A stretch of DNA of 64,000 nucleotides, taken from positions 32,001 to 96,000 of the forward strand of contig CAWJKV010000018.1 of assembly GCA_963843555.1 (NCBI GenBank), in the 5' to 3' direction. This DNA comes from an uncultured Methanosarcinales archaeon. Lineage in GTDB: Archaea; Halobacteriota; Methanosarcinia; Methanotrichales; Methanotrichaceae. The notes below the pieces were generated by a model. It was not told where the DNA came from. It saw only the letters and a program-made list of their open reading frames with translations, and ran no database searches. Positions 30,110 through 40,115 of this stretch are shown piece by piece. Numbering within the stretch: the first letter of the stretch is position 1; the number at the start of each line of letters is the position of its first letter. A program made the translations under genes and the position numbers.

Positions 30110-30682
30110 ATGTTCGCCAGTGCAGCTCGTTTTATCATCGGCGGGGGAGTGATAGTCTACCCCACCGAGACCGTTTACGGCCTGGGCGCAAATGCTCTGG
30201 ATGAGCAGGCGGTGATGAGGGTTTTTCAGATCAAAAAGAGGCCTCTTTCCATGCCCATTTTTTTGGCTGTCTCAAACTTCGATATGCTGAGGAATGTAGC
30301 AGAAGTAACCAGAGAAGACATGGATCTTCTAGAGCAGCTCTTGCCAGGGCCGGTTTCAGTTCTTGTGCGGCGAAAGAGCGTAGTTCCAGATATCCTCACC
30401 GCAGGCTCGCCAATGGTTGGCATCAGATACCCAGATCATGAATTAGCTCTGAGGATCATCGATCTGGCTGGACCGATCACATCTACCAGCGCCAACCGCA
30501 CCGGTTCGCCTGCACCGACAAGTGCGGCCTCAGTCTCTCGCGAGATCGAGGATCGAGTTGATACGGTGGTAGACGGAGGAAAATGCAGTTACAGCGAGCC
30601 ATCCACCCTCTTAGATCTGGAGAAGAGAGAGATCATCCGGCCTGGCGCAGGCCTGGATAGAGTAATGAAGGCGATAAAGTGA
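30110..30682 (+). CDS. tsaC: Threonylcarbamoyl-AMP synthase (Sua5/YrdC)
   Basis: YPTETVYGLGA, K.RP, TSTSAN.TG. Confidence 0.92.
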   Translation: MFASAARFIIGGGVIVYPTETVYGLGANALDEQAVMRVFQIKKRPLSMPIFLAVSNFDMLRNVAEVTREDMDLLEQLLPGPVSVLVRRKSVVPDILTAGSPMVGIRYPDHELALRIIDLAGPITSTSANRTGSPAPTSAASVSREIEDRVDTVVDGGKCSYSEPSTLLDLEKREIIRPGAGLDRVMKAIK

Positions 30683-31605
30683 AGGCCCGCATCAGAGACT
30701 TCTTTGAGACCAAAGACGGCTGGTTTTTTGCAGTCTCTGATTACAGCCACCCGGATGGCCTTCGCTCTTTGCTGAGGTATGTGCCTGATCCTGCAGGTGA
30801 ACGCCTGTGCGGAGACATACGCTATCGAAAGATGGACTTCGATCAGGCTTTCGAGTTTCTAAAGCGCGTCCGGCCTGATTATGTTCGCGACCTCCATGTT
30901 GTTCCAGAATCGGATGTGATCAGATGTTATCGACCGTCTGTTGGCTTGAGATCCGCGGCCGGGAAAGATACAAGAGTCATGAAGATTGCCACCATTCTAA
31001 ATGCTGGGGGCGTTCCCTGGGAAGAGATGGGCATCACCGGCTCCATGCTGTTGGGGCTAAATAGTCCTAGCTCAGATATCGATTTTGTTGTGTATGGGCC
31101 TATGTGGTGGAAAGCCAGGGATATAGTGGCCCGGGCAAAGGCCAAAGGCTTGATTGAGGATCTGAATGAAGCCACCTGGAAGAAGATTTATCTCAAGAGA
31201 AAGCCGGAAATCAGCTTTGAAGAGTTCATGAAGCATGAGAAGAGAAAAGGAAATCGAGGTATGATCGAGGGCACCTACTTCGACCTGCTCTTCACCCGGG
31301 ACTGGAGCCAGATCAGCCAGCAGTCTGCTGGCAAGGCAAGAGGCCCGGGCCTAATTGAGGCCAAAGTAATTGACGCTGAGTTTGCCTTCGACAGTCCCGC
31401 TATCTTCCGTCTGGATCATCCGGAGGTGAAAGAGATATTCTGCTTCACTCATACCTATGCAGGCCAGGCCCTGCCCGGCGAGACGATAGAGGCGAAAGGC
31501 GTCCTGGAAGAGACGGCCCAGGGCCAAAGGCTGGTGGTGGGAACCACGCGCGAGGCACGAGGCGAATGGATTCGATCGCTTTCGCTCATGGAAGGCACAA
31601 TTTGA
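30679..31605 (+). CDS. Archaeal nucleotidyltransferase-domain protein (COG1665-like)
   Basis: RIRDF, LRYVP, GITGS.L....SDIDFVVYG. Confidence 0.8.
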   Translation: MKARIRDFFETKDGWFFAVSDYSHPDGLRSLLRYVPDPAGERLCGDIRYRKMDFDQAFEFLKRVRPDYVRDLHVVPESDVIRCYRPSVGLRSAAGKDTRVMKIATILNAGGVPWEEMGITGSMLLGLNSPSSDIDFVVYGPMWWKARDIVARAKAKGLIEDLNEATWKKIYLKRKPEISFEEFMKHEKRKGNRGMIEGTYFDLLFTRDWSQISQQSAGKARGPGLIEAKVIDAEFAFDSPAIFRLDHPEVKEIFCFTHTYAGQALPGETIEAKGVLEETAQGQRLVVGTTREARGEWIRSLSLMEGTI

Positions 31606-31642
31606 TAGTGTTGATAAAAAAATCGCTTAAGAGGTCTTTTAA

Positions 31643-33157
31643 ATGCTGCAAGTTCGTCCCTTTGATATTGATATAGGTCAGCACAAGGTCATGCTTAACG
31701 TTGTGGATGCCAGAGAGAGAGGGCTCAATGCGGGGGACCGCGTCAGGGTCAGAACAAAAGGTGCCGGGACCACGGCCATACTAGACACCACCCTGGAGAT
31801 GGTCAAGGTGGGCGAGATTGGCATATTCACTGAGGCACTTAAGGAACTGAAGAATCCCGTCACAGTGGAAGTGCTACCGGCACCCAAGCCCGCCTCCCTT
31901 TGCTACATAAAGAACATAATGGACAAGAAAAAGCTCAATGAGGACCAGATCAGAACTATTGTGCAGGATATTGTGGACAACAACCTCAGCGAGATTGAGC
32001 TCTCGGCTTATGTCACAGCATCCTACATCCATAACATGGACTCCGAGGAGGTCATGTGGCTGACCAAAGCCATGATCGAGACCGGCGAGCGGATTCACTT
32101 CGACACTCATCCTGTCATGGACAAGCACAGCATCGGGGGCGTTCCCGGTAATAAGGTTTCTCTTCTTATTGTGCCGATAGTTGCAGCTGCAGGCCTTCTC
32201 ATTCCCAAGACCAGCTCGCGTGCCATAACCGGCGCAGGTGGGACTGCGGACCTGATGGAGGTTCTGGCACCTGTTGAGTTCAGTGCTGATGAGATCAAGG
32301 AGATCACCGAGAAAGTGGGCGGCGTCATCGTCTGGGGTGGAGCCACTAACATTGCTCCTGCCGATGATAAACTGATCAAAGCGGAATATGCTTTATCCAT
32401 CGACCCCTACAGCCAGATGCTCGCCTCGATCATGGCCAAGAAGGGAGCTGTTGGTGCAGATGCTGTTGTGGTGGACATGCCCGTCGGACTCGACACCAAA
32501 CTTGCAACTGCAGAGAATGGTCGGTCTCTGGCCAAAGACCTCATCGACCTGGGAGAGCGACTGGGGATTCGTGTAGAGTGTGCCATGACCTTCGGAGGAT
32601 CGCCGGTCGGCCGCACCATTGGGCCAGCTCTGGAGGTGCGCGAAGCGCTTACAGTTTTGGAGAATAAGGGCGGACCGAACAGCCTGAAGGAAAAGAGCCT
32701 CTCCCTGGCCGGCATCCTTCTGGAGATGGGAGGAGTTGCAGGACGTGGAGCAGGCTACAGTGCGGCAGAGGAGATTCTTGTAAGCGGAAAAGCCCACACG
32801 AAGCTCATGGAGATCATCGAAGCTCAGGGCGGCAACCCCCTTGTCAAGAGCGAGGATATTGTTATCGGCGATCATTGTGAGGATATTTTAGCTCCGGCAG
32901 GAGGCTATATCGTAGCTTTCTTCAACAAACGGCTTGTGGAGCTGGCCCGCCTGGCAGGAGCACCCTCAGATAAGAAGGCAGGTGTTGTAATCCATAAGAA
33001 GATGGGCGAAAGAGTAAAGAAAGGTGAGCCGTTGATTACCATCTGCTCCACCTCGGACTGGGATTTGCAGACCGCAGTAAAAGATGCCAGGAGGCAGATG
33101 CCGATCGTGGTAGAGGGCATGCTCCTGGAGAGATACCCCCGTATCACGGAGCTCTAG
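31643..33157 (+). CDS. deoA: AMP phosphorylase
   Basis: DKHSIGGVPGNK, KTSSRAIT.A.GTAD, ASIMAKK, GPALE. Confidence 0.92.
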   Translation: MLQVRPFDIDIGQHKVMLNVVDARERGLNAGDRVRVRTKGAGTTAILDTTLEMVKVGEIGIFTEALKELKNPVTVEVLPAPKPASLCYIKNIMDKKKLNEDQIRTIVQDIVDNNLSEIELSAYVTASYIHNMDSEEVMWLTKAMIETGERIHFDTHPVMDKHSIGGVPGNKVSLLIVPIVAAAGLLIPKTSSRAITGAGGTADLMEVLAPVEFSADEIKEITEKVGGVIVWGGATNIAPADDKLIKAEYALSIDPYSQMLASIMAKKGAVGADAVVVDMPVGLDTKLATAENGRSLAKDLIDLGERLGIRVECAMTFGGSPVGRTIGPALEVREALTVLENKGGPNSLKEKSLSLAGILLEMGGVAGRGAGYSAAEEILVSGKAHTKLMEIIEAQGGNPLVKSEDIVIGDHCEDILAPAGGYIVAFFNKRLVELARLAGAPSDKKAGVVIHKKMGERVKKGEPLITICSTSDWDLQTAVKDARRQMPIVVEGMLLERYPRITEL

Positions 33158-33206
33158 GGACCGGACTTAGGCAGGAGGTCAGCGTTTGATGAAAAAGGAG
33201 TCGGAA

Positions 33207-34052
33207 ATGTTGGTCGCAATTACATATCATGAGGATTTTGGCAAGAACGGATTCAGCGTACTCAAGGAAAGGATCCGTCCATCCTTCGAAAAGCTCATGG
33301 TGTCGGGGCTGGTTGATGGCGTTGAAGTGCAGGTATTTCGGGCGAGATCCGCTCCTCTGGAGCTGGCCGAGAAAGCTCACACTGCTGCCCATATGGCCAA
33401 CATGCAAACAGATCAATACAGGGAGGTGGCTTTGCTCTCTGCGGGAAGCGTGATGATGGCGGCTGAGATGGTCGCCGCCGGCCAGGCCAGATCCGCCTTC
33501 GCTTATACGGGAACCGCGGGACACCATGCATCTCGAGGAAGCTGCTGGGGCTTTTGCTACTTCAACGATGTGGCCATCGCCATAATGCATCTACGGGAAA
33601 TGGGGCTGAAGCGTTTCCTCATAGTGGATGTAGATCCTCATTTTGGAGATGGCACGCGCGACTTCTTCAAAGAAGATGCAAACGTCTTTCATATCAACCT
33701 TCACAGCGGCTCCGGAGAAGAGCATGACCCAGAGAAAAACAACTACGACATAGGCCTCACCTTTGGAGGCAGCAATGAGAGGTTCATCGAGGCCCTGAAG
33801 AGTTCTCTCGAATTGGCCAATGATTTCGATTATCAGATAGCCTTCGTCATCTTCGGTCACGACTCTCACCAGGATGATTATGGGGGTTTCAACCTGACCT
33901 TCGAAGCTTATCCCCGGATGGTGCAGTTGATCCAGGAGGCTGTGGGTGAAAAGGGTCTGATCTTCGTTTTGAGCGGCGGATCATGCGTGCATGTAGCAGA
34001 AAGGGTAATTCCTGATGTCATTCGGGTCCTGGCGAGAAGGTGGCCGTCTTGA
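33207..34052 (+). CDS. Histone deacetylase-family (AcuC-like) protein
   Basis: GHHA, GFCYFND, DVDPHFGDGT. Confidence 0.88.
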   Translation: MLVAITYHEDFGKNGFSVLKERIRPSFEKLMVSGLVDGVEVQVFRARSAPLELAEKAHTAAHMANMQTDQYREVALLSAGSVMMAAEMVAAGQARSAFAYTGTAGHHASRGSCWGFCYFNDVAIAIMHLREMGLKRFLIVDVDPHFGDGTRDFFKEDANVFHINLHSGSGEEHDPEKNNYDIGLTFGGSNERFIEALKSSLELANDFDYQIAFVIFGHDSHQDDYGGFNLTFEAYPRMVQLIQEAVGEKGLIFVLSGGSCVHVAERVIPDVIRVLARRWPS

Positions 34053-34906
34053 GGATGGCCTCAGACTGCTACCCCTGCATCCTGGACAGGGCCAAGTTCG
34101 AGTGCGATCTCGTCTTTTCCGGGGAAGAGGAGAAGAAGGGGGCCGTGGAGGAGCTGCTGGACTACATGGCCTGCCATAAGGGAGGTGTTCCGGCTCTGGT
34201 GGGAACGGAGAGAGAGTTCATCATCAAGAGGCGCAGCGGAAGTCCGGACCCCTATAGAAGCCTGAAAGAAGAGAGCAACCGTGTGGCAAGTGACCTTCTG
34301 CCCATAGCCAGGGAGTTCTACGAAAAAGCAAATGACAAGATAGAGGCGTTAATACGCATTGCTGCGGCCGCTAATTCCATGGAGTTCGGAGTGAAAGGTC
34401 ATGATTTTGACAACACCACATTTGGTCGTGTATTCGAAAATACACTTTGCGAAAAGCTGCGGGCCGATATTCCGGAATTAAAAAGAAGGCTGCAGGCCTT
34501 CAGCAATATCTTCTATCTTACAGACAACAGCGGCGAGGTTATCTTCGACTTATTCGTTATTGAAAAGCTCAAGGATATGGGAAAACGCGTGGTGATCGGG
34601 TCAAAGTCCGAGCCGGTTCTCAATGACGTCACAGTCGAGGAGCTGGGAGACATGACCATTGATGAGGTCATACCAACTGGCAATGTAGTGGGAACAGCTC
34701 TAGAGCACATCAGCCCAGGGGCTTCGACCCTTTTGTTCGACCCGGACTGGTTGGTCTTATCCAAAGGCATGGGCAACTTCGAGACCATCTCCGAGTTTGA
34801 TGATAAGTTAAAAGGTCGGCTCGTCTACATTTTGAGAGCCAAGTGTGAGCCTGTGGCCATGGAGATGAGGGTTCCCAAGGGAACGCTGGTGGCAAAATCA
34901 ATCTAA
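34040..34906 (+). CDS. DUF89/ARMT1-like damage-control phosphatase
   Basis: CYPC, DPY, DNSGE..FD, LND.T, KGMGNFET, KC. Confidence 0.88.
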   Translation: MAVLRMASDCYPCILDRAKFECDLVFSGEEEKKGAVEELLDYMACHKGGVPALVGTEREFIIKRRSGSPDPYRSLKEESNRVASDLLPIAREFYEKANDKIEALIRIAAAANSMEFGVKGHDFDNTTFGRVFENTLCEKLRADIPELKRRLQAFSNIFYLTDNSGEVIFDLFVIEKLKDMGKRVVIGSKSEPVLNDVTVEELGDMTIDEVIPTGNVVGTALEHISPGASTLLFDPDWLVLSKGMGNFETISEFDDKLKGRLVYILRAKCEPVAMEMRVPKGTLVAKSI

Positions 34907-35565
34907 CAATAATTCATGTCTACTTCTTCGACGCCTTTTTCTTCCGGCTCCTCCGTCATTGGCTCCATCAGTGATATATCAATGTCAAGATGAAATAGCT
35001 TTTTGATAGCACTTAGCAGGTTTGTCGCGGCCTCGATATCCACAGGATCGGCGCCGCTGCTGGTACTGAGCAGGCAGAAACCACGCATCTCATATAAAGG
35101 GGCGAGCCCTGCCAGAAGCCCATTTAGTCCTCCAATGGCTCCGCTGCGCAGCAATGGGATTTCAGAGTTGCCTAAAGCTGCAGCGGATTCGGGGTCCGTG
35201 GAAGCGCCCAGTATCGTCTCATCCGTATCTCCGACGTAAGCCGCCAGGGTGATAACATCTGTGACTCCCTCTGCGTGAATGGCTTCCAGGATACTTCCTG
35301 CCAACTCGTGCATTCCCACTACATCCAGGGGCTGGGCATCACCGGAGAGGATGAACATGTTCTGTCTCTCCTTGGGACGTTTCAGTTCGGCATGCATTAG
35401 CTCTGCCAATCCGCTCGATACCATAACTTGCGGCGGAAAGCTGTGAGAGAAAAAGAGTTTAACTGTACTGCATTCTAAGGCCGTGCTCAGATAATCGGCA
35501 GCTACTTTGCCCACGCTTCCAATTCCTGGAAGACCGCAAATGCAGACGACTCGAGACTCGAACAT
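34903..35565 (-). CDS. Proteasome assembly chaperone PAC2 family
   Basis: GLPGIGSVGK.AADYL, FPPQV, GDAQP, GLNGLL. Confidence 0.85.
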   Translation of the reverse strand: MFESRVVCICGLPGIGSVGKVAADYLSTALECSTVKLFFSHSFPPQVMVSSGLAELMHAELKRPKERQNMFILSGDAQPLDVVGMHELAGSILEAIHAEGVTDVITLAAYVGDTDETILGASTDPESAAALGNSEIPLLRSGAIGGLNGLLAGLAPLYEMRGFCLLSTSSGADPVDIEAATNLLSAIKKLFHLDIDISLMEPMTEEPEEKGVEEVDMNYC

Positions 35566-35641
35566 TATCTGGGGGTTGGCGTGCAGCTATAACATACTTT
35601 CGCCAACATTCCCCTGACATCTTATCCTTTTTAGATCCTCC

Positions 35642-36256
35642 TTACTGGCCGAGAGCCTTAATCATCCAGTTGACCTTGTAAGTCTCATTTGTTGCCACAA
35701 TGGTCCTCTGAGCAGGTTCCAATATCCCATTGCTGTAGAGGAATGAGTTGCCCGTTCCATTATCTTCCTCCATGAGGATCCCCATGCTTCCGCGATCATA
35801 AAAGACCACATAGAAGTCCCCAGTTACCGGCAATGCAGGTATCTCTATTACGCCATCGATGGGACCCGTCGGAGACAGGAAGTAACCATTCTGTGCGTCT
35901 GCAAATTTGTAGAGGAGATTGAGGTCTTTGTCCCTGATCTCAAGGAGGAAATTCCTATCTGAGGGGATTGTTTGGGTTGTATTATTGAATCCGCTCCAGC
36001 CCAGCACATCTACAGCTCTCAGCTTCCAGCCGGCTTTAGGAGAGGTAAACTTGACTGCCTCACCGATGTTCAGGCCATCTAAGCCGAATGCGCTTGCGCT
36101 TGTTATGGTGAATAGAGTGAGGTTCATCTCGGAAAGATTCTTTCCGCTATCCTGTTTTAATTCAGTTAACTCTGACGCTGCCGCATCTGCTCCAAGAGCG
36201 CTCATGCATAATGACATGCAAGATAGGCAGGCAATCAATAATATCGTCTTCTTCAA
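35642..36256 (-). CDS. Secreted hypothetical protein (paralog 1)
   Basis: Signal peptide; shares GEAVKFT.PK.GWKL, EIRDK.LNLLY, FYDRG with 36461-37075. Confidence 0.75.
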   Translation of the reverse strand: MKKTILLIACLSCMSLCMSALGADAAASELTELKQDSGKNLSEMNLTLFTITSASAFGLDGLNIGEAVKFTSPKAGWKLRAVDVLGWSGFNNTTQTIPSDRNFLLEIRDKDLNLLYKFADAQNGYFLSPTGPIDGVIEIPALPVTGDFYVVFYDRGSMGILMEEDNGTGNSFLYSNGILEPAQRTIVATNETYKVNWMIKALGQ

Positions 36257-36460
36257 ATTATCACCCCAAGATTCACCAGTTGAATTTTATCCATATAAAG
36301 ATTCTGATGAAAGGCAGTAATGAATTTTTATTTTGCAGAAAATGCGATTATGACGTCAAAAATCAAACAGGTATATTCAGATAGGAATGTCAAGAATCTG
36401 AAAAAAGTCTTTTGCAGGTTGGCGTCTTATCTCTCCAACCTGCAAAATGGTCGGATTCTT

Positions 36461-37075
36461 CTACTCACCGACCGCCCTGATAACCCAGTTAATCTGTGTA
36501 GATTTGTTACTTGCATCCTTGAAACTTACAGGAATCAGGTTACTATTTAGACTATCGTAGAAATAGGAGTTTCCAGTTGCGTTTTCCGGTTCCATTCCTA
36601 CAACCATTGCGCCTCGATCATAAAAGATCACATAAAATTCATCCGTCACTGGAATAGCCGGTATATCTATTCCTCGAAGAACTGGTGCGGGATAAGTGAA
36701 GTATGCATTTTGCGTGTCTGCCATCCTGTAGAGAAGGTTTAGATTCTTGTCCCTGATCTCAATGAGAAAATCATTAGCGGAAGGAATTGTCATGGTCGTC
36801 TCATTGAAACCATTCCAACCCACAATGCGTACCTGCATCAATTTCCAGCCGGGCTTTGGTGCGGTGAATTTGACGGCTTCACCTATGCCAAATGAATCGA
36901 GCCCCCAATCATTAGAGACAGAGTAATAGGTTAAATTCATTTCAGAAAGATTTGCTCCGTTGTCCTGCTTGAGGACGGTCATGTTTTTAACACCACTATC
37001 CGCATTATTTTGAGCAATAACAATGCCCATTAGTGTCATAAAACAAAGGGCAGAAATCAAGATCATCTTTTTCAA
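36461..37075 (-). CDS. Secreted hypothetical protein (paralog 2)
   Basis: Signal peptide; same length (204 aa) and motifs as paralog 1. Confidence 0.75.
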   Translation of the reverse strand: MKKMILISALCFMTLMGIVIAQNNADSGVKNMTVLKQDNGANLSEMNLTYYSVSNDWGLDSFGIGEAVKFTAPKPGWKLMQVRIVGWNGFNETTMTIPSANDFLIEIRDKNLNLLYRMADTQNAYFTYPAPVLRGIDIPAIPVTDEFYVIFYDRGAMVVGMEPENATGNSYFYDSLNSNLIPVSFKDASNKSTQINWVIRAVGE

Positions 37076-37310
37076 GCGATCACCATGAGAGTGAATTAAA
37101 TCCGATCTTTATATAGATGATGCTAGATTACCTTGAGGCTGTCTGCGTAATAGGGCCAGAGGTGGTGAGGGGAACCTCGCTTTATGCACTCCCGGCTTGA
37201 GGCAATTCTCCAAAATCTGGCATGCACCATTGGATCATACTCCTGGGTTGAAGAATGGCCGGAAGGGAAGTGCTCGACTTGCTATAACCATTATTTCGGA
37301 TACTATATTA

Positions 37311-37736
37311 TCAATATTTTCCAAATAATTTTGCTGCACCTCTATGCATTGTGTGGATATTTAATCCATGGCCGAGGTACATCATGGGACATTTGCCCGT
37401 AATGAATTGCATCTGAGATCCAATGCATTTTTCTTTTACCTCGAGAGTATCAGTCCGCCAATGTATCCAGCATTTCTTGATGCCTTTCTCCTTGAGGGCT
37501 TCAATTATATTCCCTGGATTTGTTTTTGTCAACGCAATTACGGCACAATCGATATCCATGGGAAGTTCAGAGATGCTTTGAAGAGTCCCTTTATCGGGCT
37601 TATCCGACATATCGACAACATAAACTCTCTTCCCTCTCGACGCCAATTCATCTATCGTCAATTTCATCGCCGGCTTTGTTTTATCTGTGATCACGGCAAA
37701 GCATTCCTGGTTCCAAAATGATTCCTGTTCTGACAC
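37311..37736 (-). CDS. CoA-binding domain protein (YccU-like)
   Basis: Rossmann-like pattern SISELP.DID.AVI, G.K.CW, CP.MYL..H..H. Confidence 0.6.
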   Translation of the reverse strand: MSEQESFWNQECFAVITDKTKPAMKLTIDELASRGKRVYVVDMSDKPDKGTLQSISELPMDIDCAVIALTKTNPGNIIEALKEKGIKKCWIHWRTDTLEVKEKCIGSQMQFITGKCPMMYLGHGLNIHTMHRGAAKLFGKY

Positions 37737-37773
37737 TGTCCAACACTCCTGCTAGAGAGATTGTTGCCTGCTG

Positions 37774-37831
37774 CAGATCCTCCACAGATCTCCCTCAGAT
37801 CTCCCTCAGATCTCCCATATCTCCCATATCT
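37774..37831. repeat. Short tandem repeat of CAGATCTCCC[TA] units
   Basis: CAGATCCTCCA CAGATCTCCCT CAGATCTCCCT CAGATCTCCCA TATCTCCCA TATCT. Confidence 0.8.
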
Positions 37832-38072
37832 TAAGGCCTTCTTCGCCGATGGTTCACAAGCATTTCCTCAATAATAGCACTTTTGGCAACACCAGCCAAA
37901 TAGGATCTATTCGCAAAGAGCTGCGCAAGAGGTCGGAACAACGAAGAATCTCATATTTATTATATATTATTTGCACTAAATGGCTTTATATGAGTTCTTA
38001 GGACACATTCGTACAAAAGATACTTGTTAGAATCGCAAGATTCATATAATTCGAAAACCTAAATAGATAAAC

Positions 38073-38567
38073 ATGAAAACTTTTATAATTGGTGCAATCC
38101 TTTTGATAGCATGTACCGCCACAACATCAGGGTCTGATGCAAGCAATCCCAGTTTTAACATTTCGAACCTGAATTCCGCATCTATCAGGGAGGCATACAA
38201 TGCATCCTTGGGAGAGTTTCCGGACTCATATAAATCCCTGATTGGAGATAATAGAATCCTGATCCGAATAAAGGGGTTGAATAACTCTGTTCAGTCGTTT
38301 GGGTTGGTTACCAAAAATGGCGAACTGGAGGACGCAGTCGATGGAGAGATTGCCGATCCAACGATCGAGTTGAATGTCAACGAGAATGCGATTATTAAGC
38401 TGCAGAATGCTGAGGACCCAGCGGCCGCCTTTGATAAAGCAATCCAGGATAAGGAGATATCTGCAAAAGGAAATGGTTTCATTAATCAGTTAAAGGTAAA
38501 TATGTTGCTAGGCAATCCAGTTTTGCCGGAGTTGATCGTTCAACTGTTCGCGCCCACAGAACAGTAA
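38073..38567 (+). CDS. Secreted hypothetical protein, SCP2-like fold possible
   Basis: Signal peptide; DPTIEL.V.E..I.....DP..AF..A.....I...G pattern. Confidence 0.55.
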   Translation: MKTFIIGAILLIACTATTSGSDASNPSFNISNLNSASIREAYNASLGEFPDSYKSLIGDNRILIRIKGLNNSVQSFGLVTKNGELEDAVDGEIADPTIELNVNENAIIKLQNAEDPAAAFDKAIQDKEISAKGNGFINQLKVNMLLGNPVLPELIVQLFAPTEQ

Positions 38568-38789
38568 AACGCAATGTGACAAAACATAGAAAACTGAGAT
38601 ACGTAGAAGCTTTACTATAAATTTTTACGTAGATTTATAGTATTTCAAAACTGGTGTCAAATAGATTCTTGCAGCATATTTCTCATGTAACCGCTAGAGT
38701 GACGACCATATGGAATTCATAACCGCCTCCTCTTTGCCAGGCATCAGTCATCTGAAGCAGATTCACAAGGCCAAAAAAAATGAAAATTT

Positions 38790-39124
38790 ATTTTTTCAGG
38801 TAACAGGCCATACCAAAAGCCTTTAAGATGATATCTATGTTTGCCTAGGCGGTCTCAAATATGATTGCTTTGATCCCCATATACGATTAAGGTCATATCA
38901 CCGCCGCTGTACGTCCAGCTGCGTAACGGTGACCAGTTTCTTGCCGCAATGCGAGCTTCTTGTTGAAGTGTCGCAGTAACAGCAGCCAAGAAATTGCTGG
39001 TTGTTTCCATCAGGTCATGGCTTATAGCACCCTTGGCTTTCCAGTCAACAATTCGTCCCAAATCATCCAATCGTGCTATCGCTGTAACTCCTTCTGTTTC
39101 GAATAGCTCATCTAGAGATATCAT
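38790..39124 (-). pseudogene. DUF2173-like protein with frameshift and in-frame TAG near the C-terminus
   Basis: SLDEL...EGV.A.....G..NWSP..SW.YSGGD; continuation IKAIIFETA*ANID in another frame. Confidence 0.55.
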
Positions 39125-39290
39125 CTAAATACCTCCTGTGCTTAAGTTGTTCGTCCTCTTCAACTTTCTCGAGTCTCAACACCAGCTAGAATTGATTCAT
39201 TGACCTTTTTGCAATGGCTTGCTGTTGGATGTTGGATAGCATATGAAGCTCACATACTTAATGCCAACCTCATAGTTTTTCGCTGCCATG

Positions 39291-39917
39291 TTATATGGAT
39301 CGAGAATCCATCTCATAAGCCTTAGCACGACGAAGCTGCACAACAAATCCAACAGCCCCCAAGGCAATCCACAGGACAGTCCAGGCAGTTGACGCCTCGA
39401 TAAGGTATTTTGCCAGCTCCTGCAAGCCACCCTGCAGGGAAATATCGCCTATCAGCAACATGATTCCTATTATGATGGCAATGGACCCCAGCAATGATGT
39501 TGACACAATTATAACAAATTTAGGCAAGTGGAAGCGGATTGCCAGAAGGGCTACGACTATGGCAACAATTAGCCCGATTAGTGCAGGAATTAGTCCAGGC
39601 TCAAAGCCCAAAGACGTAACGACAGTCCATCCCACAAAATAGCCTAAAGACGCACCCATGAGAATAATCGCCACCGGAAAGAAAAGGTAGGCAATCACAG
39701 CGAAAATTAGGCCAACAATTGCACCAGCTACAATGATGACAACCATGGACAAGAGGCTTTCTCCGTAAACGCTTGAAACACCATGGGCTCCCATGGAAAA
39801 GCCGGTTATAAAACCCCATACAGGCAGCAGGATCATGAACCACTTAAAGCCTCCAAAACAGAATGCTGCTCCAATTAATATAGTTACAAATGCCACCAAG
39901 ATGCTTTCTAAAGCCAT
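39291..39917 (-). CDS. DUF4203/TMEM198-like membrane protein
   Basis: G..FCFGG.KWF..LLP.WGF..GF; TS..GS; G..VQ; about 7 TM helices. Confidence 0.75.
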   Translation of the reverse strand: MALESILVAFVTILIGAAFCFGGFKWFMILLPVWGFITGFSMGAHGVSSVYGESLLSMVVIIVAGAIVGLIFAVIAYLFFPVAIILMGASLGYFVGWTVVTSLGFEPGLIPALIGLIVAIVVALLAIRFHLPKFVIIVSTSLLGSIAIIIGIMLLIGDISLQGGLQELAKYLIEASTAWTVLWIALGAVGFVVQLRRAKAYEMDSRSI

Positions 39918-40115
39918 TTACAGCCTCCTGATTGACTCTCACTATTTTTGACTTATCAAGCCTGTCGCAATGATTGCCTATTTATTTCTGTATTCCAATC
40001 GCAGCCAGATAGCTGTATCACTTGAATCCATTGCATTTGAAACGCGAGAGTAGCTCTCGCACTTCAGACGAGCTTGATTTCTTCATGCTTTTTCCTTTGG
40101 ATCCCTCATAGCTTC

